The translations under genes and the position numbers were made by a program. The notes beneath the pieces are model-generated. The model ran no database searches and was not told the origin of the DNA. It worked only from the letters and a program-made list of their open reading frames with translations. DNA of 64,000 nt from Catajapyx aquilonaris (lineage: Eukaryota), in assembly GCA_000934665.2 (NCBI GenBank), contig KZ538359.1, positions 1 to 64,000 of the forward strand, given 5' to 3'. Shown piece by piece: positions 37,401-46,100 of this stretch. The first letter of the stretch is position 1. Each line of letters starts with the position of its first letter.

Positions 37401-40400
37401 ATAATTTGAAAAAGTCCAACGCATCCGTGACTGACAAACATGCTTTTTTTTTGTTGGGCGAATCATCATCGGAAGGTGTCTCCTCCTATAATCACCATAT
37501 ATTTTTGGTCTGTTTTTTTATGTCACCAGCCCAGCCAGCCAGCCAACCAATCACCAATAAAAAATAAAGGAAGGCTGAGCGAGGTGAAGTGGATACAAAA
37601 GGCTCACACTCATAAGAACAGCCAATAGTTTTGTGATATATGGGGGAATACCTCTTTCCGGGCTCCCGCTTGAGCGATCCACCATACTTGGATCTAGTGC
37701 CTACCAGCTCAATGATCTCGGGTATACTACTGGCAAAGATCGCCTAAAAGGAAAGGTAACGAATAAACACTCCAGAGCTCCTCCTCCTCCTAATTATGCA
37801 GCAACGTCCCCCAAATTTTTCTGCTTTCCAAAAGAAAATATATTTTTTTCTATAAAAAGAAGACCCGTAACTATTATTAATCTATAGAGCAGCACTAATA
37901 ATTGGATGGGTCGAGATTGTTGAGAGAACGAGAAATTCATCGAAAGAGGGAAAGTGGGATTTAAAACACAGAAAGAGATAGAAGCGAGAGAAAAGAGAGT
38001 GTGAATTTCTGGCAACTCTGGTCCATTCTCGTCCCATTTTCTATCATGCTCCATGCGTCTGTCTCTCTGCAGCTGATGCTACGCCTTGGCTACCATTAAA
38101 ACAACAAATAATGATAAAATGACCCAACGATTGTTTGTAAAAATTGGTGACGGGACGGCCTCAACCTCCGTCCCCCTCGATTGAAATGCAGGAATTGGCA
38201 GTGGCAACGTAATCAATTTTTTGTATATATATATATATATTTTCTGCAGTTTATATCGTTTATTAATGTGCTTTATAAAAACCCAATTTCCGATAATGAT
38301 GGGGATTGATGCAGGGCGGATGAGTCGCCTAGATATGAAAAAATATGTACCTCGAAGCCCGCCCAAACAACTCAGGAGGAGGAATCAGAGACTTTTCTTT
38401 TTTTTTAAAAAAAAAATACAATGTTGAAGGACTTTTTCTTGCGAGGGATTGATGACAAAAGGCCGGGTGGACAGACAAGAAAGAAGATGGGAAAATTAAT
38501 AGATTTTTTTTTGCTCCTACCTACTGCATAATATAAGTGCTGTGTAACAAGAGGAACACATAACATCGGACGACAATCAGAAAGCAGTGTTTACACGACA
38601 ATTATTGCTAAATTCCCATCCCACACCAGCTTACTTTTCACCGATGATAAAATTAATGGGTGGTGTTGGAAAAACAGTAATTAGTTCGCAGTGCGAGGGA
38701 CGAGATTAATCACATTTATTACACGTTTCAATTGGTTGCTTACTTTCTCATGCTAACTCATTTTGCATAATGCACACAATTTAGTATTAACTTATCTACT
38801 GTTATAAATCGCAGTTATCATTTTGTAAAATATTTTTTTGAAGGCTTCATGATGTGAGATCACGGATTGTGGGAAAAGTCAGTACGTTATATTTTTATAT
38901 GACCATTGTTGTAATAACTGAGAATATTACAATAACAATCAAGGGGGTAATCACTCCGGTGTACACCTGTGAGTGGTACTCCTTGAATTTGGTACTCTAG
39001 TGTACACTATTCCGTCGAGTGCTTACCACCTTGCTAACAATGGTAATATTGCACATTTTGTAAGAATCGGAGTGTAGTCTAATGTAGGACGGGTCTATAT
39101 GTCCCTGGATAATAAAGGTGTGTTAATATTTCCATTACTAAAAAAATTAGGTGACAACAAAATAAATAATTACAATCTACATAATCCATAATGCAATCAA
39201 TTTCAATGTAGTATGGCCAATACTTCACACGTTAAATCTTGCCAAAAAAAATCTAAAGACAACACACATTCAATTATGTGCACAATTATCCTGTCATCAG
39301 AAAGCATTTTTGGCCCTTGCTGCAGTCTACATGCCTGTCGTACCAACACATAAATTCGAGACTAAACAAACCAAGTGATCATGTCGACATAAAGAAAATG
39401 ATTAGAAGGGCAGTGTTGTCTCATTTTTTGAAGTAACAGCAGTAGGTAGGTGTCATCAGAGAGAGAGGAATTTAGGGATGGAAGAACTGGAACAAAATTA
39501 ATATGTAAATTCCTTTAGTCGTAATTCTTGCCGTGTCTGTTGGCAAGGACCTTTGAAAAAGAGCCAACGCCAAGTGCAAGTTAAATGGGGCGGATTTTTG
39601 GTGGGTTTTGGGGGGCTGAATGGGAACCGGAAGAAGAAGAATAAAAAAAATTGTGGTGAGAATCATTTTTGTTACCTTCGACGCCTGCCTTCGTCTTGTG
39701 TACCCCCATTGCACTTTGATGACCACAAATATTTTATATATTTTTGGGGGTGGACAATTTGGCCAGGTTGGAGGGTCTTGGGTGGGTAAAAAACTACACG
39801 GATATATGACTCGAGAGAATAATTGAGCCATATAAATAATTGTATAACAAAGTTGGAGAGAAAAATAAAGAACGACGGAGAATAAACACGAGCTACCACA
39901 CTACGGACACATCTACGAACAGGCTGCTCGTGCGACAGGGGGTATCAAAACACACTTGCACAGGATGAGAACAACAACATGACAACCCCCTACCCACTAT
40001 GCAATCCAGAGTTCGACGCAGAGACATTTTCATGTGAAAATATCAAGCCCTCCCCCTTTTGTGTGTGCGACAAAAGTGACGTAAAATTGGTCGTGCAATG
40101 GCCGTGTCAAAGGTCAAGCCTCAGTCTACTCAGATTTTTATAAGCCAATGTTGACATTACTCAACAATTTTATCTAAAAAAAATCAGAGCATATGTTGGT
40201 CAAATTGTGTGAAACGATGACATTGAAGCCATTTTCAAAAATTATTATCCAAACTGCTGTGGTTTGGAAGAGTTCATTTCAATGAAAAAACGCAGAATAA
40301 TAGTCATCGTTTCTGAACGAGTGCTTAACCTTTGACCTGTGAAAAAAGAGTGCGGTCCATCACCTTTTTTGTGAAGGTCGGACAAGCACACACGGTGCGA

Positions 40401-40971
40401 CAAATCGACACAATGTGCATGTGCTGCATTATTTATTTATTTTTTTTTAAATACCAGATTTGGTGATCGTGATCTTGGTGTTGTGAAGGGGGGTGGGACA
40501 TTCACTCGGAACAAACTCGTGATATAATTTAATTAATTAGGCGACAGGTGCAGAGCGTGATTTTGCTGTGTACGCAACAATATATTGTGAAACGGAGGGT
40601 GGGCTCATCACAAGGATAATAATGACGCTGAATTGGTTAAAAATGAGTGAGTTTTTGGATAGATCCAAAAGGTGATGCTGGGGGTTGGTTGAGGGGGTAA
40701 AGACAACTTGTCAACACTGCCAATTCCCATGCATTGGTTAAAGAGGAGCGAAAAACCGGAAGGACCCAGAAATGTAGAGTCACTTTTTTTTTTGGTGGTT
40801 TCAAAATAAAAAACTGAGAATATTATATACGGAAAGCTCAACATTTCTCGGCGCCTCCCAGATAAATGGAAATCGGAGTTAGGTAGTGGCGGACACACAT
40901 TTCAGAATGGAGAGAGATAGATAGAGATGTGGAAACATTTTGACAAAACACATAGATGACAACAGTAATCG

Positions 40972-41003
<32 letters not shown>

Positions 41004-43116
41004 AAAGGGGGACATGTGACAATCTCTGCAAATTTTCTATCGAAGTAATCCCCCAATTAGTGAGTGTCAATTTTTTTTGCACAAAAAAATAAGGCCACAG
41101 ACACATATAAACACTGAAGGTGACTTGTTACTTAAGCACTATATTTTTTTAGTGTTGCTCAGACGATGATGTGCAACTTGGTCGACTCTCCATTATAGAA
41201 ATGACACTAAAATTCGCGAACCTCAATTTTGCAATATACGATGGATGATCTGTCTTATCACGTAGGCTGCATGTATCGCTAAAATGATTTGTGCCTTTTA
41301 TTTCATCATATATAGCGGGAAAAAATTATTGTACCGATACTGCCAAAAAAACTCGCGTGTAACTCATGTAAAAAATTATATAACTGAAAAGAGTTGCCCT
41401 ATCAACGAGTTTTTTAAAATATTATTGTTTCCCTACATGCAATTGCTTGAGGCGAAAAATAATATTATTATAAAAAGGCAAGCTCGATATGCAGCAAGCT
41501 AATTACTATCATCATGCAGCGTACATGGTGGGCCAATGTTTAAAAAAAATATTTTTAAACTTTAATGTGAAAAGGACCACCTTGCACGCATTGCACTAGG
41601 GGACGTACTACACAGAGCAAAAAAAAAAAGATCAGGACGATGCTTACAAAAATGTTCATGTCCAACGTAATATTGTTATAGACAACATTTTTCTTAATAC
41701 GTTACCAAAAGTTCATTAAAAAGGTTGTCTAACTCGGCCAGATCTTTTTTTTCTCTCTCTCTGAGTAGTATTCAAACGGGCACAAAGTGACCGGAGTGAG
41801 CCGTTCCGTTCCGTGGCCAGTTCGTGCCTGTTTGGTCTCGCCCCCATTTTGAATATTGCCCCTCGAACCTTCAGCTCCCAATAATAATAAAAAAAAGTGT
41901 GAAAGAAGCCCCAAAAAATGGGGACAGGACGTACCAATCCGACGAGAAGGAAAAAGACGAGAAAAGTTCGTCCGAGGACGGTGTGGCAGTAGACGTCTCC
42001 GTACCCAACAGTGGACATGGTGACAATCAGGAAATACACGCACGTCCAGTAGGACAGGCTCTGGGCATTGTCGAACTCCAGTGGGTCACCGGAATTCTCC
42101 AACTGGTCACAATAGAGAAGGAAAAAATGTTGTCAACGATGCAAAAAAAATATTGGTGATTTGGTGACATTTACCAGGTGGATGATTCCGGCTGCCGTGA
42201 GCCAGACGGAGATGAAGATTGAGACGAGCTGGGCCAGACGGATCGAGCTCGACGTCTTCAGGACGTTGAGGTACTGCAGGATGTCCGGCACCGTCATAAG
42301 GCGCAGCGCTCGGAGGAACCTCAGACCTTCAGAAGTATTATTATGATTATCAAGACAAGAAGGAAAATTATTATCCATAGAATGCACTACAAGAAGAACA
42401 ACTGACCGATCCATGTCCTGTTCAGGTAGATGGACACGAATGACGGTGGTATCGTGAAGTAGTCTACAAACGAGTACATCTCCAGCATGAACCATAATTT
42501 GTCGCTTGCAGCTATAAACTGGAATACAAAAATAATCAACAAATTAATCTACACGTGCTCGACAGGCTGTATCAATCAGCAAATATATTACCTACAGCAT
42601 AACTTCTCAAAAAAAATTGGCATGTCCTTAATATGTGGTTAACCAATTCAAAAGAGGATTTCTTATGGACCGCACTGTACCCACCATTCTCTATGGCGAT
42701 CTGATTGGTGGAGCTCCACCAATCAGAGGGAGTCTGAAGGGTGTGAGGACCCGCCCCCTCGTCACATGACCTCACAGGGGGTAGAGGTCGCCGCCCACTT
42801 TTTGACAAGTTACGCTGAGGGTACTATATTATAATTACACCAAAATGTACAGAGATACTTACACGTATAAAAAAGTACACCATAAAAAATATATTGAAAG
42901 CTAGATCTATCTGCTGGGTGGTGTTGCTGTTCCATTCGACGCATTTCTCCACCCCTCCTTCGCTGCTGAGAGGAATAAACCAGTAGAGAATCAACATGGA
43001 AATGGTAGACAACTAAAGTGAATAATAATGCAAAAATAAAGTGCAATGACGCACCTGGACGCATCGATGAAGTAGATGATAAGCGAGGCTATGCTCAGGG
43101 CGAACACAAGCACCAC
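4392..43116 (-). CDS. slo: slowpoke BK channel alpha subunit gene, 5'-partial, multi-exon (span of traced coding exons)
   Basis: Exon peptides carry BK hallmarks: S4 RFLRALRLM, pore [20 protein letters not shown], calcium bowl [16 protein letters not shown]. All traced junctions are GT-AG with continuous phase. Confidence 0.98.
4536..6245. repeat. foldback tandem satellite, units of about 112-117 bp, filling the last slo intron
   Basis: Recurring TGGCTCTTTTCCGGCCGGAA…TTCCGGCCGGAAAAGAGCCA; 112-bp period (4944/5056/5168). Confidence 0.92.
6294..6387 (-). CDS. slo: slo exon ([31 protein letters not shown])
   Basis: 94 nt, phase 2/0. Confidence 0.95.
6479..6634 (-). CDS. slo: slo exon ([52 protein letters not shown])
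   Basis: 156 nt, phase 2/2; weak GTCTGG donor. Confidence 0.94.
6698..6810 (-). CDS. slo: slo exon ([38 protein letters not shown])
   Basis: 113 nt, phase 0/2. Confidence 0.95.
6879..7114 (-). CDS. slo: slo exon with RRGS site and calcium bowl (…QRRGSVYG…[24 protein letters not shown]…DSLMST)
   Basis: 236 nt, phase 1/0. Confidence 0.97.
7179..7362 (-). CDS. slo: slo exon ([26 protein letters not shown]...TIGVLNQ)
   Basis: 184 nt, phase 0/1. Confidence 0.95.
7471..7695 (-). CDS. slo: slo exon, RCK2 ([19 protein letters not shown]...PKISVLN)
   Basis: 225 nt, phase 0/0. Confidence 0.96.
7763..7931 (-). CDS. slo: slo exon ([56 protein letters not shown])
   Basis: 169 nt, phase 2/0, GTGAGT donor. 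Confidence 0.93.
8160..8360 (+). mobile_element. Helitron-like 5' fragments
   Basis: TATATAAAGCAGAAAGTTTGTCC… matches the reverse complement of about 52720-52767. Confidence 0.4.
10029..10088 (-). CDS. slo: cassette exon ([20 protein letters not shown])
   Basis: 60 nt, phase 2/2, GTATGT donor; [12 protein letters not shown] is a recognisable insect slo optional insert. Confidence 0.88.
11595..11905. mobile_element. MITE-like element, TIRs about 35-45 bp
   Basis: TATTATGCGATCCACGAGTCCTGGCCTGTTAGGCTCC … GGAGCCTAACAGGCCAGGACTCGTGAATCGCATAATA. Confidence 0.75.
12120..12252 (-). CDS. slo: slo linker exon ([43 protein letters not shown])
   Basis: TTTTCTTTCGCAG acceptor, AG|GTGAGC donor; 133 nt; provides the phase 1-to-2 change the chain needs. 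Confidence 0.85.
12627..12656 (-). CDS. slo: 30-nt linker micro-exon (EHNRDKENA)
   Basis: TTCTACACAG acceptor, GTAAGT donor; phase 1/1; sits where insect slo has GDITRDRED (from recall). Confidence 0.75.
14945..15252. mobile_element. dispersed MITE-like family copy with an internal (GCGCCAAGATT)n array; relatives near 3786, 43802, 52135, 54669-54910 and 55970-56070
   Basis: Shared end motif TTTTAACGAGCGCAACCGAGTGCGCA, seen inverted at the opposite end of several copies. Confidence 0.65.
15517..15582 (-). CDS. slo: alternative linker exon ([21 protein letters not shown])
   Basis: TTTTTGCAG acceptor; 66 nt, phase 1/1; [16 protein letters not shown] is a recognisable insect slo segment. Confidence 0.88.
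16442..16465 (-). CDS. slo: 24-nt linker micro-exon (EDYSLLS)
   Basis: CATAG acceptor, GTAAGT donor; phase 1/1; similar to insect slo DEYSLS (from recall). Confidence 0.75.
17300..17950. repeat. degenerate minisatellite built on GATATATCGATAC
   Basis: Many recurrences of ATCGAT at roughly 20-30 bp spacing. Confidence 0.85.
19328..19378 (-). CDS. slo: alternative linker exon ([17 protein letters not shown])
   Basis: 51 nt, phase 1/1; close to the insect slo segment [17 protein letters not shown] (from recall). Confidence 0.88.
19874..19933 (-). CDS. slo: candidate cassette exon with two donors: 18 nt (19916-19933, YSSREA) or 60 nt ([20 protein letters not shown])
   Basis: T-tract TAG acceptor; donors GCAA|GTAAGG and GCAA|GTGAGT, both phase 1. 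Confidence 0.6.
20570..20871. mobile_element. PIF/Harbinger-like MITE; related degenerate ends at about 12975-13222
   Basis: TIR GGGCC(T/G)TATTCAGAGTC; CTG directly repeated on both flanks (20567-69, 20872-74). Confidence 0.7.
22333..22404 (-). CDS. slo: alternative linker exon ([24 protein letters not shown])
   Basis: CTCCTTTGCAG acceptor, G|GTAGGG donor; 72 nt, phase 1/1; resembles a Met-rich insect slo linker exon as I recall it (not checked). Confidence 0.7.
22615..22674 (-). CDS. slo: candidate 60-nt cassette exon ([20 protein letters not shown])
   Basis: CCTTCCATTGTAG acceptor, GTCAGT donor; phase 1/1, open frame. Confidence 0.4.
22819..22839 (-). CDS. slo: candidate 21-nt cassette micro-exon (CGVGCSG)
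   Basis: CTAAC branch-like motif, TTCTCAG acceptor, GTGAGT donor; phase 1/1, open frame. Confidence 0.55.
23106..23182 (-). CDS. slo: slo exon with heme-binding CKACH motif ([25 protein letters not shown])
   Basis: 77 nt, phase 2/1, GTAAGT donor. Confidence 0.95.
23220..23760. repeat. degenerate AT-rich minisatellite (ATAACTGTTAT core)
   Basis: Recurring core; near-exact 25-bp units at 23640-23715. Confidence 0.75.
24046..24201 (-). CDS. slo: slo exon ([52 protein letters not shown])
   Basis: 156 nt, phase 2/2. Confidence 0.95.
24311..24409. mobile_element. short Tc1/mariner-type MITE remnant
   Basis: TA-CAGGGTGTTC … GAACACCCTG. Confidence 0.45.
25217..25329 (-). CDS. slo: slo mutually exclusive RCK1 exon, second pair, copy 2 ([38 protein letters not shown])
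   Basis: 113 nt, phase 0/2, GTAAGT donor. Confidence 0.93.
27354..27466 (-). CDS. slo: slo mutually exclusive RCK1 exon, second pair, copy 1 ([38 protein letters not shown])
   Basis: 113 nt, phase 0/2, GTAAGT donor; paralog of 25217-25329. Confidence 0.92.
27704..27859 (-). CDS. slo: slo exon ([52 protein letters not shown])
   Basis: 156 nt, phase 0/0, GTGAGT donor; translated by hand. Confidence 0.96.
27955..28160 (+). repeat. interstitial TTAGG/TTAGA/TTGGG array
   Basis: Read directly; TTAGG is the widespread arthropod telomere unit. Confidence 0.85.
28220..28372 (-). CDS. slo: slo exon ([51 protein letters not shown])
   Basis: 153 nt, phase 0/0. Confidence 0.96.
30608..30713 (-). CDS. 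slo: slo mutually exclusive RCK1 exon, first pair, copy 2 ([35 protein letters not shown])
   Basis: 106 nt, phase 2/0; including both copies would shift the frame. Confidence 0.93.
31415..31520 (-). CDS. slo: slo mutually exclusive RCK1 exon, first pair, copy 1 ([35 protein letters not shown])
   Basis: 106 nt, phase 2/0; paralog of 30608-30713. Confidence 0.93.
32185..32295 (-). CDS. slo: slo exon, RCK1 start ([37 protein letters not shown])
   Basis: 111 nt, phase 2/2. Confidence 0.96.
33654..33755 (+). mobile_element. possible 5'-UTR fragment of an RTE-clade LINE
   Basis: CCCAAGAGCTATGCCGG…CTGGTAGGGCCGCCCA…GGACAGGTC resembles RTE 5' ends from memory; not searched. Confidence 0.3.
33881..33989 (+). 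repeat. 38-bp tandem repeat, about 3 copies
   Basis: CATCTGGCGGGGGTGGTMTATTATCGCGACTGAACTGC. Confidence 0.85.
34212..34303 (-). CDS. slo: slo mutually exclusive S6/linker exon, copy 3 ([31 protein letters not shown])
   Basis: CCTTAG|GCC acceptor, AG|GTAAAA donor; 92 nt, phase 0/2. Confidence 0.93.
35600..35815. mobile_element. inverted dimer of a roughly 94-bp MITE
   Basis: TIR TACACTCTAAGAAATGTCCGGGTTAAAT; the second copy is the reverse complement of the first; partial end duplication in the middle. Confidence 0.8.
35818..36048. mobile_element. MITE-like element, TIRs about 34 bp
   Basis: AATTGGACGGTGTTATGCAATAATG … CATTATTGCATAACACCGTCCAATT. Confidence 0.75.
36717..36811 (-). CDS. slo: slo mutually exclusive S6/linker exon, copy 2 ([32 protein letters not shown])
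   Basis: CCTTAG|GCG acceptor, AG|GTATTG donor; 95 nt (one codon longer than the other copies), phase 0/2. Confidence 0.92.
37652..37743 (-). CDS. slo: slo mutually exclusive S6/linker exon, copy 1 ([31 protein letters not shown])
   Basis: TTTTAG|GCG acceptor, AG|GTATTC donor; 92 nt, phase 0/2; paralogous to 36717-36811 and 34212-34303; absent from the ORF track. Confidence 0.92.
41935..42102 (-). CDS. slo: slo exon, pore loop and first part of S6 (LENSGDP...TVGYGD...FFLLVGL)
   Basis: 168 nt, phase 0/0; K+ selectivity filter TVGYGD. Confidence 0.97.
42175..42326 (-). CDS. slo: slo exon, S4-S5 ([20 protein letters not shown]...AAGIIHL)
   Basis: 152 nt, phase 1/0; voltage-sensor arginines. 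Confidence 0.95.
42407..42518 (-). CDS. slo: slo exon, S3 ([37 protein letters not shown])
   Basis: TTCCAG acceptor, GTCAGT donor; 112 nt, phase 0/1. Confidence 0.95.
42863..42965 (-). CDS. slo: slo exon, S1-S2 loop and S2 (S(S)[33 protein letters not shown])
   Basis: Tandem CAGCAG acceptor (start 42965 or 42962), GTAAGT donor; phase 2/0. Confidence 0.93.
43055..43116 (-). CDS. slo: slo exon, S1 ([20 protein letters not shown])
   Basis: TTTCAG acceptor, AG|GTGCGT donor; 62 nt, phase 0/2. Confidence 0.95.
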
Positions 43117-46100
43117 CTGAAAAATTGAAGTGAAAAATTTGCAAAGAAGCAGATTCATACACAGAATGTGACCACCACCAACATCACACAATATTTGTTA
43201 CAATACCCGCCGGCATAGCTCTTGGAGTCACGGGAGAAACAAGCCCGCCCCAGTACCACGACAAGGGGGCAATATTTTGTGGCGAATTAATTGCTCTGAT
43301 TAGTCCTACTTGTCTCCGCACTTGACCAGAATCGACTTATGTGAGGCCCACTTCGGGTGTTTCCAGCTGGAACCCCGAATTTAAAATGCGTGTTCGATAT
43401 ATATAAACACGTTGCTGGCCCCGAAAATTTATCAGTAATGAATCAGCAGGGACCGTCCTTGGGGGTGTTGGCAGAGGTCAATCGACCGACCCCGCCGTGT
43501 TTTCCGGAGCCCAAACAAGAGAGAAAGAGAAGACGCTTTGGTGTAACAGACCCTCTGAAACATTGATGACTGCGCCCCCCCCCCCCCCNCCCCCCCCCTG
43601 TATATCTGATGGCTTTAATTATGCAAAGGAAACCTGGGGAAAATGGAAGGTGGAAAAATGGGACGACGACGTATGACCAAACCACTTTTCTGGCACCAGA
43701 AATATGGCACGGAAAATTTCGACTAATTTTAAGCAGAAGTTTCATCCAAGGTTATTATTACAGCACAAGGCGAGTGGTAACTTCAGGTCAGTGGCTGTAG
43801 ATGATTTTTTTTTTTAAAAGAGCAAAACCGAGTGCGCACTCATACTCGCGCAGCTCCATTGTTCTGATAACACTGTTGCCAGATTCACACTCGCAACGTT
43901 TGATGGGTTTTTTTCCACAACCTTGACAATGTCGCACACGTCGGCCATTTTGCCCCCAAGCGTAGCGTTGGAAATACAGTTTAGCATTGTTATAATGCCA
44001 ACCGTGCAAGCTGCGCGAACTGTGGTGCGCACATGTAAATTTATATACAGATTGGTCGAAAACGTGTCTAAAATGTGTATTGATTGATGCAGTGAACATA
44101 ACTGCTCGTGGCGTGATTAGTTTATCATCAGCTGGATATTATAACAAAGGGGCTTTTCTATGAGAGACAAAGTCCCTGGCGCCATGGTAGCCTAGAGATT
44201 ACGCCGAACAATGATCGTCCGGATGCAAGACTCAGCAACAAGTGACTCTCTTCCGGTCAGGCTTCCGGAGCACAAAAAGGGAGCCTCTCTAACCCCTTAT
44301 CTGCTTGTCCATATTATCAAAAAAAACGAGGTGGGGAAAGTAGCTTCCTGAGTGTCTAATCTGTCCTTATTGATTGGATAAAAAAGTGTAGAGCCAACAA
44401 AATCATGTGGACCGATGACTGAAACCGCGACACTTGACTACAAACAGAGTGTACACTATCAGGATTGGGAGTAATTAGCTCTCTAAGTGACGGTACACAC
44501 TCTTGTAACGGTTGGCCCCAATCATTGCTCAGCACTGATCCGTTAAAATGGGGGGTTTGTTTACTCCAAAAATATTATTTTTTTCCGTCTTTTTCTCCCC
44601 ACAAAGAAGCAATTTCCTAAAGGTGCAGAGTAAACTTTGGGATGTTCCCTCTTCTTCTTCTTCCTTCTGGAGTGTTTCCCAGAGGGAATGGTGTCGGCGA
44701 CAGATTCCATACACACACGTCTGGTCGTCATCGTAGCGAGCCAACTGCGTCAACATGGTGGCCAAAGAGGAAGGTGACTGACGCCTTCCTTCAAATCTAC
44801 ATAGTAATGCACACTCGCATTATTTTTTTTGGAGACACCCTTTTTTCCCCCGCATCTAACGATACATGTAAATGGCACGATTTATCTCGTCAATGTTTGA
44901 CAATGTTAGACATCACCCTTGCATTTTTATGAAACAAAAATAACCCTTGAAGCTGGCTCAGCATATGGCTCATCTCGCATTTTGATCAAAACAAAAAAAA
45001 ATATGCAAAGTTGCATTCCCTTCACGCCTGCCAACATAAATCGCACGGCGTGTCGCACATGCTGTGACAGCTGATGCAGCGTCACTTCATACCCAGCATT
45101 TCACTAAGATAGTCACGAATGAGACACCCTGTATGCAGCGGTCCTAACACCTAATCATATTCCCTTTGATGCAAGCCCAGCTGCTTCTTCATCTTCATTA
45201 CCAACCTTGGATGACACTGCACCAAAAAAAATCTTTTTGCCCCCCTCTCTCCACCACTCCAAGTTGAACTCTGAGGGATGCTGGAGGAGGACCGTCGTTG
45301 TGAGAAATGGCATTTTTGGACCCGGTTCAAGTTGGCCCCCTTCAACGCCTACAATTTGTCCCAGCCTTGCACTTTATACTCCAGCTCTCGAGGTGTACCT
45401 TGACTTATATGTCCAAAAAAATTATCGCTGTTGGTTGTCCGGAGTGGGTCGTATATTATGCCATTGCCTTTTAACATATTTTTCAAGTAGGCAGCCTTAA
45501 TGATAATGATGACTTTATACCTTCAAGCATCCTGCTGCCCATCAGGCTTTCTGAAGCGGGTAATGACACAGCTTGATGAGCTTTTTCCATCTGAATTTTG
45601 AACAAATAGCGACATATTACGCTGACAAATGGAGCAGGAAATAATTCCCATCTCGCAGTGTTTTATTAGAAAGAGGGGGGAAAAACATGCCCTTTTGTAT
45701 CAAAATGTATTAATAAGCAAAGGTCATCATCTCTTGCAAGATTTTGTGGAACAAATAGACATAATTATGTGAGGAATTGTAGGTGACGTATGCGGAAAAA
45801 TGAGCGTGAGAAAAGCTCATTACCCGATTTCATCACCGCTCGGTTAGTGTGCCTAATACTTTCATCGCCGTGTATACGATGTGCCCGAGCCACGTAAATC
45901 AATCAAGGTCTAAGGGAAGCGATCAATTCACAATTTTTGCAGGTCTGCACGAAACATCGGTTCTTCTAAATATTCAAGTCGACCTGTTACGTAAAAAAAA
46001 GAAAACATTCCTTCGGAGCCAGTCAGACCCAATCAATCAGATCAAACGGTGTCAATTGAGCACATTACTACATTTGACTTGCATAGATCTCTGCTACAGC

